NCBI GenBank assembly: GCA_041659505.1
Contig: JBAZYF010000004.1
Location: forward strand, 78,922 to 142,921
Source: Parcubacteria group bacterium
GTDB taxonomy: Bacteria > Patescibacteriota > Minisyncoccia > Moranbacterales > UBA2206
DNA: 64,000 nt
Direction of reading: 5' to 3'
Position numbers and translations under genes: made by a program. The notes under the pieces were generated by a model. The model saw only the letters and a list, made by a program, of their open reading frames with translations. It was not told where the DNA came from and did no database searches. Positions 1 through 8,859 of this stretch are shown here, piece after piece (positions within the stretch are counted from its first letter, which is position 1; every line of letters begins with the position of its first letter).

Positions 1-1125
1 CGTAACTTGCAGGGACAAAATGGCGTCCGACAAATCAACTTTGTTGTCGGCGTTGACGTCTCCAGCTATCGGGTCTATTAATTTTACCACTTTGACATGA
101 TAGCCATCGGCGACCAACAATTTATCCCCTACCACCTCCATCGCATTTGCGATGATGGCGATCGTTTCGACCAGTCGCGGAGCCGTGACAATCGAAACAT
201 CAACAACTAGAATCTTTGTTTTTGTCGCGATGTATATTCTGCTACCGCTTTTTTTCATAAATAGCAACCCGCATTCAAGATCCATCGCGCTCGCCTGTTT
301 GGCCAAGCTAAACCAGGTCTGCACATATGACGGATCTGTCAAGTTGATAATCGCTAGAACTCCCCGCCAACCAGTAGCATCTCCGGCCAGCGCATAAACA
401 TACTGGCCTTCCGCGACCATATCAATGGCCTTGGAAAAAGTAATATACCCATCAGCGGAATAAAACTCCTTCCGCGACTGGCCTAACTTGTAGGGTTCTC
501 CTGTATTTGTCGTATCCCAAATGCCAATTCCTGCGGTACTCATTGCCAGGAAAAGATACTTTTTATCCATTTGAGAAAAGGATCTCTCGGGAGTTGCATC
601 CAAACTTCGTGAGCCCATAAAGCTCAATTCTCCCGACGAGGGTAAGGGCAGATAGGTGCGAAGATACGGTGACACCGTTTCACTTCCACCACCGATGAAA
701 ATACCAATACCATCATTGGCAATGCTTTTAGCATTTTTTAATTGCCAATCAATACCGTTAAATAGCGCGGTCATCGAGCTTAAATTCACAACCGCTCCAG
801 GTGAACTATAATAGCTCGTAAGCACAAAGCCGTAGCCATTCAAGACTGTCATTTTGGAAAAAGCATCCCAGGCCTGATAACCATTCCCTCGCAATGAGGA
901 AACTTTTTGGAGCTGGTCTCCGATAAATTGGAGTTTAAAAAAATCTCCATTCCAAGCCGGATCTGCATTGGTAGTCGTGGCATAAATCATACCACTCCCA
1001 TCAACAGCAATGTCCTGGACTTTGTTACCGAAATAAAAACTACTAACAATTTCGCTCTTCGCAAAAACATCAGAAGAGCAAAACATAGCCATTGCCAAGG
1101 ATAATACGCAAATTAATTTTTTCAT
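1..1125 (-). CDS. Secreted beta-propeller-like (LVIVD-type) protein with a C-terminal dockerin-like motif; runs off the left edge
   Basis: Not in the ORF track (no stop in window); translated by hand. ATG at 1125 with SD AAGGAG upstream, signal peptide MKKLICVLSLAMAMFCSSDVFA, blade-like segments (YLFLAM..GIGIWD, IYIAT..ILVVDV), ends ...GDVNADNKVDLSDAILSLQVT at the edge. Confidence 0.75.
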   Translation of the reverse strand, partial: MKKLICVLSLAMAMFCSSDVFAKSEIVSSFYFGNKVQDIAVDGSGMIYATTTNADPAWNGDFFKLQFIGDQLQKVSSLRGNGYQAWDAFSKMTVLNGYGFVLTSYYSSPGAVVNLSSMTALFNGIDWQLKNAKSIANDGIGIFIGGGSETVSPYLRTYLPLPSSGELSFMGSRSLDATPERSFSQMDKKYLFLAMSTAGIGIWDTTNTGEPYKLGQSRKEFYSADGYITFSKAIDMVAEGQYVYALAGDATGWRGVLAIINLTDPSYVQTWFSLAKQASAMDLECGLLFMKKSGSRIYIATKTKILVVDVSIVTAPRLVETIAIIANAMEVVGDKLLVADGYHVKVVKLIDPIAGDVNADNKVDLSDAILSLQVT

Positions 1126-1240
1126 ACAACTTCTCCTTTTTGAGTGAATGAGTTGAAAAAAATATAGCCACAGACTGTGGCGGAAATAAGCATTTTTACC
1201 GGACAATTCAAATCAAAAAATTGTCAAAGTACGATTTATA

Positions 1241-1269
1241 ATCTTAGCACATTTTGACTTATTTGTCAA
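1241..1269 (-). promoter_or_regulatory. Putative sigma70 promoter for the 1125..1 gene
   Basis: TTGACA (1269-1264), 17 nt spacer, TAAGAT (1246-1241). Confidence 0.5.
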
Positions 1270-1274
1270 CAACA

Positions 1275-1302
1275 AAAAAGGCTAACTTTCGCCAGCCTTT
1301 TT
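1275..1302. terminator. Putative intrinsic terminator downstream of khpA
   Basis: AAAAAGGCT-loop-AGCCTTTTT hairpin with A/T tracts on both sides. Confidence 0.55.
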
Positions 1303-1325
1303 AATTTTGCTAAAGTTGAGCTAAA

Positions 1326-1667
1326 TTAGACAATATCACCAACAACGTCGTCGATGCTTTTTCTCACTTCTTCTCTCGGCTCGCGGTCTTCTCGTGGTTT
1401 TCGCTCTGAGCCTTCCGGTTCGTTAATCTTGAGATTAACTCGCGCGTTGTTTCTTGCTCCGATCACGCGAAGCAAAGTTCGAAGAGCTTTGGCTGTCGCA
1501 CCTTCACGTCCGATGATCATCCCCATATCTTCAGGATTGACATCTAGCGTAATTAGCACGCCCATTTCATCAATCTTCCTTTCGACTTTCACGTCGTCAG
1601 GCTTGTTCACAATCTGCTTCACAACATACTCAACAAACTCTTTGTCAGTCACTTGAATTGTAGTCAT
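1326..1667 (-). CDS. khpA: KH-domain RNA-binding protein KhpA (YlqC/UPF0109)
   Basis: DMGMIIGREGATAKALRTLL KH GxxG motif, typical size. Confidence 0.9.
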   Translation of the reverse strand: MTTIQVTDKEFVEYVVKQIVNKPDDVKVERKIDEMGVLITLDVNPEDMGMIIGREGATAKALRTLLRVIGARNNARVNLKINEPEGSERKPREDREPREEVRKSIDDVVGDIV

Positions 1668-1793
1668 TTTCGTATTTCTAGATTAATGCTTATTAAATTG
1701 TTCGTAAGAGGGCTTCGGAAGATCGACCCCCACCATCGCTGTTGTCCGCTAGGCTAAAAATAGCACCGGCAGAACTCTCTTACTTTCGCCTAT

Positions 1794-1822
1794 ATTATAT
1801 TATTTATCCGTTATTCTGTCAA
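1794..1822 (-). promoter_or_regulatory. Consensus sigma70 promoter of khpA
   Basis: Perfect TTGACA (1822-1817), 17 nt spacer, perfect TATAAT (1799-1794). Confidence 0.75.
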
Positions 1823-1858
1823 AAAAATATCCACCAATCCGCAAGAGTCAAAATAAGG

Positions 1859-2590
1859 TTAGATTTCTGGCTTATCAATGCCTATGCTTTTCAAAAGTTC
1901 TAGTTGCTCCGGTCCTTCAATTTCTCGATACTCACGCGTTTTTAGACTACCCAATTTAATGTTCATGATCCGCGTACGTTTGAGTTCGGTCACCTTGCGT
2001 TCCAATCTTTCACACATCCTGCGAATCTGTCTTTTCTTACCTTCAGTAAGTACGATAGAAAAAGCCAACTCATTCACTTTTTTTACTTCGCAACTTCTGG
2101 TTTTATATCCATCATCCAGCACCACGCCCTCTGACATATTTTTGATAAACCCAGGGCTGATGGTGCGATCTACTTTGACCAAATATTCTTTTTCATGATA
2201 GTGATCGGGATTAAGTAATCGGTCAGTCACACGTCCATCGTTCGTAAGCAAAATAAGACCGTGCGAATCTTTGTCGAGCCGACCCACGGGAAAAACTTTC
2301 TGTGAATAATTGAAAATATCTTCGATGCTCCGCTCCCCTTTTTGCGGACTGTGTGTCACAATACCTTGCGGTTTGTTGTACGCCAAATAGACCAGCTTTC
2401 TGTTCCGGCGGATGTCTTTGTCGATCGTCACCTCATCTGTCTCATTGACTTTCGCCCCAAGTGCAGCCACCAGGCCGTTGATTTTCACCCGGCCGGATTT
2501 TATAATTTCATCCGCCGCCCGACGGGTGCAAAAATTGTTATAGGCCAGGTATTTATTGATCCGGATCGGATAAGTGATTTCTTTTTTCAT
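1859..2590 (-). CDS. rRNA pseudouridine synthase, RsuA/RluB/RluF family
   Basis: N-terminal S4 domain (RINKYLA...RRAAD), GRLDKDSHGL catalytic motif, EGKKRQIRRM. Confidence 0.92.
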   Translation of the reverse strand: MKKEITYPIRINKYLAYNNFCTRRAADEIIKSGRVKINGLVAALGAKVNETDEVTIDKDIRRNRKLVYLAYNKPQGIVTHSPQKGERSIEDIFNYSQKVFPVGRLDKDSHGLILLTNDGRVTDRLLNPDHYHEKEYLVKVDRTISPGFIKNMSEGVVLDDGYKTRSCEVKKVNELAFSIVLTEGKKRQIRRMCERLERKVTELKRTRIMNIKLGSLKTREYREIEGPEQLELLKSIGIDKPEI

Positions 2591-2600
2591 TTAATTGATG

Positions 2601-2757
2601 TGTCATTCCCGCGAAGGCGGGAATCCAGGTTCCACTAGTTATAAATTACAACAATCGAACTATAAATCCATTAACTTCTTGTTACCAACCAGTAAATTCT
2701 GTTTTTCTTTTTCTTAAAACCTGAGGTGCCTGGATCCCCGCCTTCGCGGGGATGACA
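2601..2757 (+). repeat. MITE/REPIN-like element, family A, copy 1
   Basis: TGTCATTCCCGCGAAGGCGGGAATCCAGG...CCTGGATCCCCGCCTTCGCGGGGATGACA inverted, self-palindromic ends around an AT-rich core; 4 copies in window. Confidence 0.9.
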
Positions 2758-2794
2758 CGGGGTATGGAAATACGCCAAAAGATTAAACTTAAAT

Positions 2795-3631
2795 CTAGCA
2801 CAGATTATTAATTTTGTCCACCACCTCATCGATCAAAAATTGCGCGGTCGAAGCGCCAGCGGCGATGCCGACTATTTGTACATCTTTGAACCATTCTAAT
2901 TGTAACTCCAAAGCGGTTTCAATGTGATGCGTCGGAGTTTTTTGTGCTTCGCTTAACTGGACCAATTTTCCAGTATTACTCGAATTTTTTCCCCCAATCA
3001 CAATCATTAGATCCACAACCTTCGCCAATTCGGAAACTTCCGCTTGTTTAGTTGAGCTATCCAGACAAATGGTATTTTCCACAACCAGGTTCTTGACTTT
3101 TTCTGCCAATCCCTTGATAACATTATCTAACAACTCTTTTTTTTGCGTCGTCTGGCTGAGCACACCGACCTTGCCACCGAATTCCAGATTTTTCACGTCA
3201 TCAGCATCGTGAATTATTTTCGCTGAATCACTCGCCCACGCATTGATGCCAATCACTTCGGCATGCTGGGGATCGCCACAGATGACAACGTCGTAATTTT
3301 CCTCGTGAAATTTTTTCGCCACCAACTGTGCCCGCCTGACGAACGGACAAGTCGCGTCCAAAATCTCACCGCCTTGTGCCACAATTTTTTCCACAATTCT
3401 TGGATCAATTCCGTGACTGCGAATGAGAAACAGACTACCCGCCGGAATTTCCGCGAGCTCCCGCACAGTCACTAATCCTTTTTGCTCCAGCTTTTCAATC
3501 ACTTGTTGATTATGGATGAGCGACCCCATGCAATAGACTTTTCGTCCGCTCTCCAGCGCTTTTTCCGCCAGCTCCACCGCCCGGCGAACCCCAAAACAAA
3601 ACCCAGCATGCGTGGCAATTTTTATTTCCAT
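2795..3631 (-). CDS. ispH: 4-hydroxy-3-methylbut-2-enyl diphosphate reductase
   Basis: GFCFGVRRA, IHN, SHG, DATCPFV, HAEV, QTT, NTIC and SSNT motifs. Confidence 0.95.
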   Translation of the reverse strand: MEIKIATHAGFCFGVRRAVELAEKALESGRKVYCMGSLIHNQQVIEKLEQKGLVTVRELAEIPAGSLFLIRSHGIDPRIVEKIVAQGGEILDATCPFVRRAQLVAKKFHEENYDVVICGDPQHAEVIGINAWASDSAKIIHDADDVKNLEFGGKVGVLSQTTQKKELLDNVIKGLAEKVKNLVVENTICLDSSTKQAEVSELAKVVDLMIVIGGKNSSNTGKLVQLSEAQKTPTHHIETALELQLEWFKDVQIVGIAAGASTAQFLIDEVVDKINNLC

Positions 3632-3728
3632 AATTGTATCAATACGATTTACATTCTATTCCTTAAACGATTTTAGCTTATCATACGTCGGGATTTTGGA
3701 CAATTGGGTGATTACTGAAGGAAAATCA

Positions 3729-3758
3729 AAAACAGTCCCAGATAAAAAGGACTGTTTT
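3729..3758. terminator. Putative terminator after the DUF378 gene
   Basis: AAAACAGTCC-loop-GGACTGTTTT. Confidence 0.55.
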
Positions 3759-3772
3759 CTTGATTTTTAGGC

Positions 3773-3979
3773 TTAGCTTTTTCCGAGTTTGGGGGAAATT
3801 GCCAAAACATAGATAGCGCAGATTCCAACAACAGCATAGACAATTCTGGAAAGGGCTGACATATCTCCAAAAATTGCGGCCACCAAATCAAAATTAAAAA
3901 TTCCTACCAATCCCCAGTTGAGTCCTCCGACAGCCAAAAGAATGACAGCGATCCAATCGATAGCGTTTAGTTTGTTCAT
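3773..3979 (-). CDS. DUF378 small membrane protein
   Basis: GGLNWGLVGIFNFDLVAAIFG...SRIVY signature. Confidence 0.9.
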   Translation of the reverse strand: MNKLNAIDWIAVILLAVGGLNWGLVGIFNFDLVAAIFGDMSALSRIVYAVVGICAIYVLAISPKLGKS

Positions 3980-4064
3980 GTGAACACCCCCTTTCCGCGT
4001 AAATATTTCATTTATTTTTTTGTTTATCGACTGGCTATATTATACCACAAAAAATAAATTCGCG

Positions 4065-4604
4065 CTACATTTTTCTGGAATCATACGCCCAATGCAGAAC
4101 CGCTTGTCTTTGACGGGCTCGGCAATTCAAGTCTCCCTTCCGGCTTGTCCTGAGCCTCGTCGAAGGACAATTCTTTTTTATCTGCGCGATATGCCGAATG
4201 ATAGCTTTCCATCTTTTGATTTGCCTCGCATCGTCTTCGCACCGGCGACCCAGATAATATCGACAGTACCATTGAAACCAGCCCCGTGGATCATCTGCCC
4301 AGATCCAACCTTTCTTTTTCCAGACTGAAAGGGGTTGTGAAGCATTGATGCCAAAGAAATTAAGTTTTGGATCGTTAAATTCGGAATTGAGTTTGGCTTT
4401 TTCAAACCAATCAGCCGGAAATTCTTTTCGGCAATCAGTCATATATTTTCCACCAAAAACTCCCAGCGCCAGCATCTCTTTCGGAGTCAGTTCCGGTTTG
4501 AATGCTGGATCAAAATTCCTGCCTGTCGACTCACTCAACTCATATGCATAACCCCGCTGCATCTTATCATTGACAATAACTATTTTTCTTTTTTGTTTTG
4601 GCAT
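4065..4604 (-). CDS. Conserved hypothetical protein (FKPELTPKEML/DPRGWFQWYCRYY family) with an apparent 8-aa repeat-derived insertion
   Basis: Conserved-looking aromatic motifs; PSTRLRTS is encoded by 4143-4166. Confidence 0.75.
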   Translation of the reverse strand: MPKQKRKIVIVNDKMQRGYAYELSESTGRNFDPAFKPELTPKEMLALGVFGGKYMTDCRKEFPADWFEKAKLNSEFNDPKLNFFGINASQPLSVWKKKGWIWADDPRGWFQWYCRYYLGRRCEDDARQIKRWKAIIRHIAQIKKNCPSTRLRTSRKGDLNCRARQRQAVLHWAYDSRKM

Positions 4605-4605
4605 C

Positions 4606-5073
4606 TTAATTTAGAATCCAAATTGAATAATTTAAATAGCCGGCGAAACTCACCCAGAGAATATATGGCAGAAGAAGCCAGGCTGACAGGCGAGAAATTT
4701 TAGCAAAAGTAATGATAGTGACAAGAATGGCCAGCCAAAGGAAAATCATCTCGAAAAGCGCGCCGCCCGGACTGTGCAGGCCAAAAAAGATAATCGACCA
4801 AAGTGCATTCAAAACCATTTGAATCCCAAAAGCCCAGTAGGCCAAGCGTTTGCTTTTTTCACTCTCATCTGTCCAAATAATATAGAGTGCGTAGCCCATC
4901 AAGAGAAAAAGCGTCGTCCAGACCGGACCAAACACCCAATTCGGCGGATTGAGAGCGGGTTTCACCAGTACCGGATACCAACCTTTCACCGAACCGACAG
5001 TAAAAATGCTCCCAATTCCTCCCGCCAACTGTGGGACAAGAAGCGAGATAATGAGTTTGTATGTTTTTTTCAT
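4606..5073 (-). CDS. tspO: TspO/MBR tryptophan-rich sensory protein
   Basis: WY..L.KP..NPPNWVFGPVW, LNALWSIIFFG, LLPYILWVSFA. Confidence 0.93.
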   Translation of the reverse strand: MKKTYKLIISLLVPQLAGGIGSIFTVGSVKGWYPVLVKPALNPPNWVFGPVWTTLFLLMGYALYIIWTDESEKSKRLAYWAFGIQMVLNALWSIIFFGLHSPGGALFEMIFLWLAILVTIITFAKISRLSAWLLLPYILWVSFAGYLNYSIWILN

Positions 5074-5120
5074 TTATTTATTTTAATTTTTTATTACTGA
5101 ATTAGTTCCTGAATTTTTAA

Positions 5121-5150
5121 TCCACCTACGCTAAAGCTCCGACGGACGAG
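5121..5150. repeat. Short palindromic repeat, family E (CCTTCG/CTAAAGCTACGG type), degenerate
   Basis: TCCACCTACGCTAAAGCTCCGACGGACGAG; related to copies at 5477-5539, 8416-8459 and 51892-51923. Confidence 0.5.
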
Positions 5151-5336
5151 CTAATTTTGAGCAAATTCTCCGCAGTTTGCCACGAATAGGGTCCAGGAAA
5201 AACTCTGGGGTTTTATACCTTTAATTATTTTCATAATACCACCAAGCATGCAATTACTCAAGATTGCTAAATGGCAGAAGGAAAGGCTTCATTCAAAACT
5301 AAAACAGGCGCTTTCGCGCCGAAAAAAACTAAAGTG

Positions 5337-5407
5337 TTCGGAGATAGGGATTCGAACCCCAATTAACAGAGTCAGAGTCTGTTGTCCTACCGTTAGACGA
5401 TCTCCGA
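5337..5407 (-). tRNA. tRNA-Gln (anticodon CTG), CCA not encoded
   Basis: Acceptor stem TCGGAGA/TCTCCGA, D-loop AACGGT, anticodon arm ACAGA-CTCTGAC-TCTGT, T-arm TGGGG-TTCGAAT-CCCTA. Confidence 0.93.
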
Positions 5408-5476
5408 ATATTATATTTTATAACTCAAACTAATCAATAAACCTAAGTCCCTATTGGCGTAACTCGCTCCGCGCTC

Positions 5477-5539
5477 CGTCGGCCATAGCCTTTGGCGGCG
5501 TGCCACCGTAGTTCCGAGTACTCTCGGAACGAAGGCGAG
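5477..5539. repeat. Composite family E palindromic repeat abutting a tRNA-Gln 5' fragment
   Basis: CCGTCGGCCATAGCCTTTGGCGG followed by CCGTAGTTCCGAGTACTCTCGGAACGAAGGCG. Confidence 0.6.
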
Positions 5540-5559
5540 CCGTTAGACGATCTCCGAAT
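5540..5559 (-). pseudogene. Duplicated 5' fragment of tRNA-Gln
   Basis: CCGTTAGACGATCTCCGAAT is identical to 5390-5409. Confidence 0.7.
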
Positions 5560-5595
5560 GACTTTTAAATCATATTACAATTTATCCGCTTTGGC

Positions 5596-5625
5596 AAAAA
5601 AATTCAGGCCGGAGAGGCCTGAATT
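5596..5625 (-). terminator. Intrinsic terminator of ftsZ
   Basis: AATTCAGGCC-5nt-GGCCTGAATT followed by a T-tract on the minus strand. Confidence 0.7.
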
Positions 5626-5646
5626 ATAAGTTTTATAAAAATCAGC

Positions 5647-6876
5647 CTATTTCCCCATCTTTCTGCGGATGAAAGCTGGAATTTCCAACTCATCATCGTC
5701 ATCCTCGTCAGTCAAAACTTTGTCTTTTTGCATAAAGGAATTAGTTGTTCTTTGGATCTTTGGTGGCACTTTTTCTTCGATGATCATTTTCGGTTCCTCT
5801 CTGACGGCAAAAGTACGGCTCAGATCTTCTTCTGGTTCGCCAACTTCAATCTCCGGTTCAATCACCGGTTTATTCCTTGTCAAACGTTCCATCGGAGACA
5901 TCCGCGATTCATTTATTCGATCCTCATCAAACCCTGTCGCTACAACTGTGATTTGCACCTCGCCCTTTTTGAGTGTCTCATCAACCACGGCGCCAAAAAT
6001 CACTTTCGCATTCGGGTCGATCGCTTCGGTGATGATATTCGCCGCTTCATTAATTTCAAGCATAGTAAGATCAGAAGAGCCAGAAACATTAAACAGCACG
6101 CCCTTTGCTCCATCGATTGAAAGTTCCAAAAGCGGACTATTGATGGCGGCTTTGGCAGCTTCCGCCGCGCGGTTCTCGCCTGTTCCGATTCCGATTCCCA
6201 TGAGAGCCGATCCGCTATTACTCATAATCGCTCGCACGTCGGCAAAGTCAACATTCACGATTCCTGGTTTAGTAATCAGATCGGAAATTCCCTGAACGCC
6301 TTGGCGCAGCACATCATCTACAATCTTGAAAGAATTGATCAGAGTCGTTTTTTTGTCGATGATTTGCAAGAGCTTATCATTAGGAATCGTAATCAATGTG
6401 TCCACGCGCTCGCGCAAATTGGCCAGACCTTCTTCGGCAATCGCCCGTCTTTGCGCGCCTTCAAAACTGAAAGGTTTCGTGACCACCGCCACAGTCAATG
6501 CGCCTAGCTCTTTGGCAGATTCGGCTACGATCGGTGCGGCGCCTGTTCCAGTTCCGCCACCCAGTCCGCACGTGACAAAAACCATATCTGTCCCCTTCAG
6601 GACTTCCTGGATTTCATCGCGATTTTCTTCCGCTGCTTGGCGTCCAATATCCGGATTCATTCCAGCACCCAAGCCCTTGGTCAAATTTTTTCCGATATGC
6701 ACTTTTTCGGCCGCTTTATTGTGATGCAAATCTTGCGCATCCGTATTGATCGCCACAAATTCCACACCTTTGATTTTCGTTTCAATCATGCGACTGATTC
6801 CATGTCCTCCTGATCCGCCGACACCAATCACCTTGATGCGCGCAAAAGTTTCTACCGGTGGTTTTATTTCTGCCAT
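5647..6876 (-). CDS. ftsZ: Cell division GTPase FtsZ
   Basis: GGGTGTG tubulin motif, NVDFAD, C-terminal LEIPAFIRR. Confidence 0.99.
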   Translation of the reverse strand: MAEIKPPVETFARIKVIGVGGSGGHGISRMIETKIKGVEFVAINTDAQDLHHNKAAEKVHIGKNLTKGLGAGMNPDIGRQAAEENRDEIQEVLKGTDMVFVTCGLGGGTGTGAAPIVAESAKELGALTVAVVTKPFSFEGAQRRAIAEEGLANLRERVDTLITIPNDKLLQIIDKKTTLINSFKIVDDVLRQGVQGISDLITKPGIVNVDFADVRAIMSNSGSALMGIGIGTGENRAAEAAKAAINSPLLELSIDGAKGVLFNVSGSSDLTMLEINEAANIITEAIDPNAKVIFGAVVDETLKKGEVQITVVATGFDEDRINESRMSPMERLTRNKPVIEPEIEVGEPEEDLSRTFAVREEPKMIIEEKVPPKIQRTTNSFMQKDKVLTDEDDDDELEIPAFIRRKMGK

Positions 6877-7014
6877 ATATTTTTATAGATGTATAGAAAA
6901 TTTAAATAAACAAAAACAGAGATTTTGGGAAAATCTATTCTGAAAATTTTATTTTTATTTTGGTTTTATCTACTGCCAATCGGCATCGGCATTTAGCCCT
7001 CTTTTCGTTAATTA

Positions 7015-7044
7015 AATCTAGCATAATAGCGCAATGAATGTCAA
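7015..7044 (-). promoter_or_regulatory. Putative sigma70 promoter of ftsZ
   Basis: TTGACA (7044-7039), 18 nt spacer, TG-extended TAGATT (7020-7015). Confidence 0.45.
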
Positions 7045-7086
7045 ACCAAGAATTAAAAACACCTAAAACTCTTTTTAAGGCCTATT

Positions 7087-8352
7087 TTAAGGCAAAAATT
7101 TCCCAAACCACTTCTTCATTCCTTCCATTTTTCCGCCCATTTCCGAGATGACGCCACCGACCATCTTGTTTCCAAATCCATTCCCGCCTCTTTTCTGCCC
7201 TTGCTCCTCTTCTTGCCCCCACAAAAGCAATCCGACCGCTGTCGCGAAAGCCGGATCGTCAATCTTATCCACCAAACCGCCAAGTGGAACAGGAAAACCA
7301 GTCTGAGACGGAAGTGCCAAAATATTCTTTGCCAAATCCACACAACCCGGCAGCTTTGCTGTGCCGCCAGTGATGACCGCCCCGGCTGGAAGCAGCCGCT
7401 CCTTACCGATCAATTTCAATTCTTTATTCACCATCGTGAAAATCTCTTCTAGCCGCGCTTCGATTATCTCTGCCACGTGGTGGCGGGAAACAATTCCCTC
7501 TTCGCTAGAATCCATCTGCGACAAATCGATATTTTCTTTCTTACTGATTTCTCGCGGACTTGCATTGCCAAATTCCAATTTTATCTTCTCTGCCACATCG
7601 ATGGAAGTACGCAGGCCGATCGCGATGTCATTGGTGATGTGATTGCCTCCGATCGGAATAACGGAAACACGCAAGAGATCATTCTCTTCAAAAACGGCCA
7701 CTGAGGTTGATCCGCCACCGATATCGACCAACACCACGCCTAGCTCTTTTTGTCTTTTGGAAAGCACTGCCTTGGCCGCAGCCAAAGGGGAAAGCACAAA
7801 GCTTTCTGCCAGCACTCCAGCTTCTTCGATGCATTTATTCAAATTTTTGATATGCGGCGTCGAACCTTCAATAATCATCGCATCAACTTCCAGGCGCACC
7901 CCGCTCATCCCTAATGGATCGCGGATACTTTTTTGATCGTCCAAGGAATAGCTTCGCGGAATAATATGAATAATCTCTTTATTGGCGGGAATCGAAATCG
8001 CTTGCGCTGCATTGATCACGCGAGAAATATCATCTGACACAACCTCACCGTCTGCCCGACCGACGGCGATTACGCCTTTGGAATATTGGGAAGAAATATG
8101 GTTGCCACCGACACCGGAAATCACATATTTCACTTCCACCCCAGCTGTCCTTTCGGCTAGAGCGATGGACTCATTGATCGATTTGATAACCTCTTCTAAG
8201 TCGACAATAATTCCGCGTCTCACGCCAAAAGCCGGCGCGATTCCCACACCGATCACTCGCAAATTTTCTTCGGAAGGGATAATTTGGGCAATGACAGTTC
8301 GCACAAATGAAGACCCAATATCCAATCCGACAATAATCTCTTTTTTAGCCAT
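7087..8352 (-). CDS. ftsA: Cell division protein FtsA
   Basis: GLDIGS, VDIGGGST, GGNHITNDIA, IIEARLEEIF; adjacent to ftsZ. Confidence 0.98.
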   Translation of the reverse strand: MAKKEIIVGLDIGSSFVRTVIAQIIPSEENLRVIGVGIAPAFGVRRGIIVDLEEVIKSINESIALAERTAGVEVKYVISGVGGNHISSQYSKGVIAVGRADGEVVSDDISRVINAAQAISIPANKEIIHIIPRSYSLDDQKSIRDPLGMSGVRLEVDAMIIEGSTPHIKNLNKCIEEAGVLAESFVLSPLAAAKAVLSKRQKELGVVLVDIGGGSTSVAVFEENDLLRVSVIPIGGNHITNDIAIGLRTSIDVAEKIKLEFGNASPREISKKENIDLSQMDSSEEGIVSRHHVAEIIEARLEEIFTMVNKELKLIGKERLLPAGAVITGGTAKLPGCVDLAKNILALPSQTGFPVPLGGLVDKIDDPAFATAVGLLLWGQEEEQGQKRGGNGFGNKMVGGVISEMGGKMEGMKKWFGKFLP

Positions 8353-8415
8353 GCTTTGCTTTTTATTTTTTAACTTGCATTTTTAAATTATATTACATCT
8401 GGCAACATTCGACAA

Positions 8416-8459
8416 CCCGCCTTCGTCCCGCTACTGCGTGACTATGGCGTGGCGAAGCC
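8416..8459. repeat. Family E palindromic repeat with nested hairpin
   Basis: CCCGCCTTC-GTCCCGCTACTGCGTGAC-TATGGCGTGGCG. Confidence 0.6.
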
Positions 8460-8463
8460 TAAG

Positions 8464-8835
8464 TCAGAAACTCAGGCGAGCGGAAATATATGGCAGGAAA
8501 ATGATCAGACCGATAACTACCGCAAAAATGGCTGAAATAAGCACCACCGCCGCCATCATATCTTTGATGAGTCGCGCATAAGGATGGACCCGAGGTTTCA
8601 AAATATCCACTACTCGCTCCACGACCGTGTTCAAAAGTTCCATGATCAAAACACCCACAATCACCAAAACTAGGGCGACTGTTTCCATCCGGGTGACATG
8701 GAAATAGACCATGGCAATAATCACCATGATTGATATTACCAGCTCATTTTGAAAATTTTTTTCGTTGCGCAAAATATACCCCAGCCCTCGCATCGCACAA
8801 GACATGCTTTTCACAAATTGATTGATCCGGTTCAT
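8464..8835 (-). CDS. dgkA: Diacylglycerol/undecaprenol kinase, DgkA family
   Basis: E.NF, ELLNTVVERVVD, KDM.A motifs; downstream of ybeY. Confidence 0.88.
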   Translation of the reverse strand: MNRINQFVKSMSCAMRGLGYILRNEKNFQNELVISIMVIIAMVYFHVTRMETVALVLVIVGVLIMELLNTVVERVVDILKPRVHPYARLIKDMMAAVVLISAIFAVVIGLIIFLPYISARLSF

Positions 8836-8859
8836 TTTTATTTTATAAGAGATTAGTGT

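Noticed and set aside
5160-5222. Possible IS200/IS605-type end remnant
   Set aside because: Only a weak imperfect inverted repeat, single copy, no transposase.
5669-6295. Long antisense ORFs (e.g. opposite ftsZ, porG, the DsbA-like gene, the scaffold gene)
   Set aside because: Shadow frames of well-supported genes, with no recognisable motifs or independent start signals.
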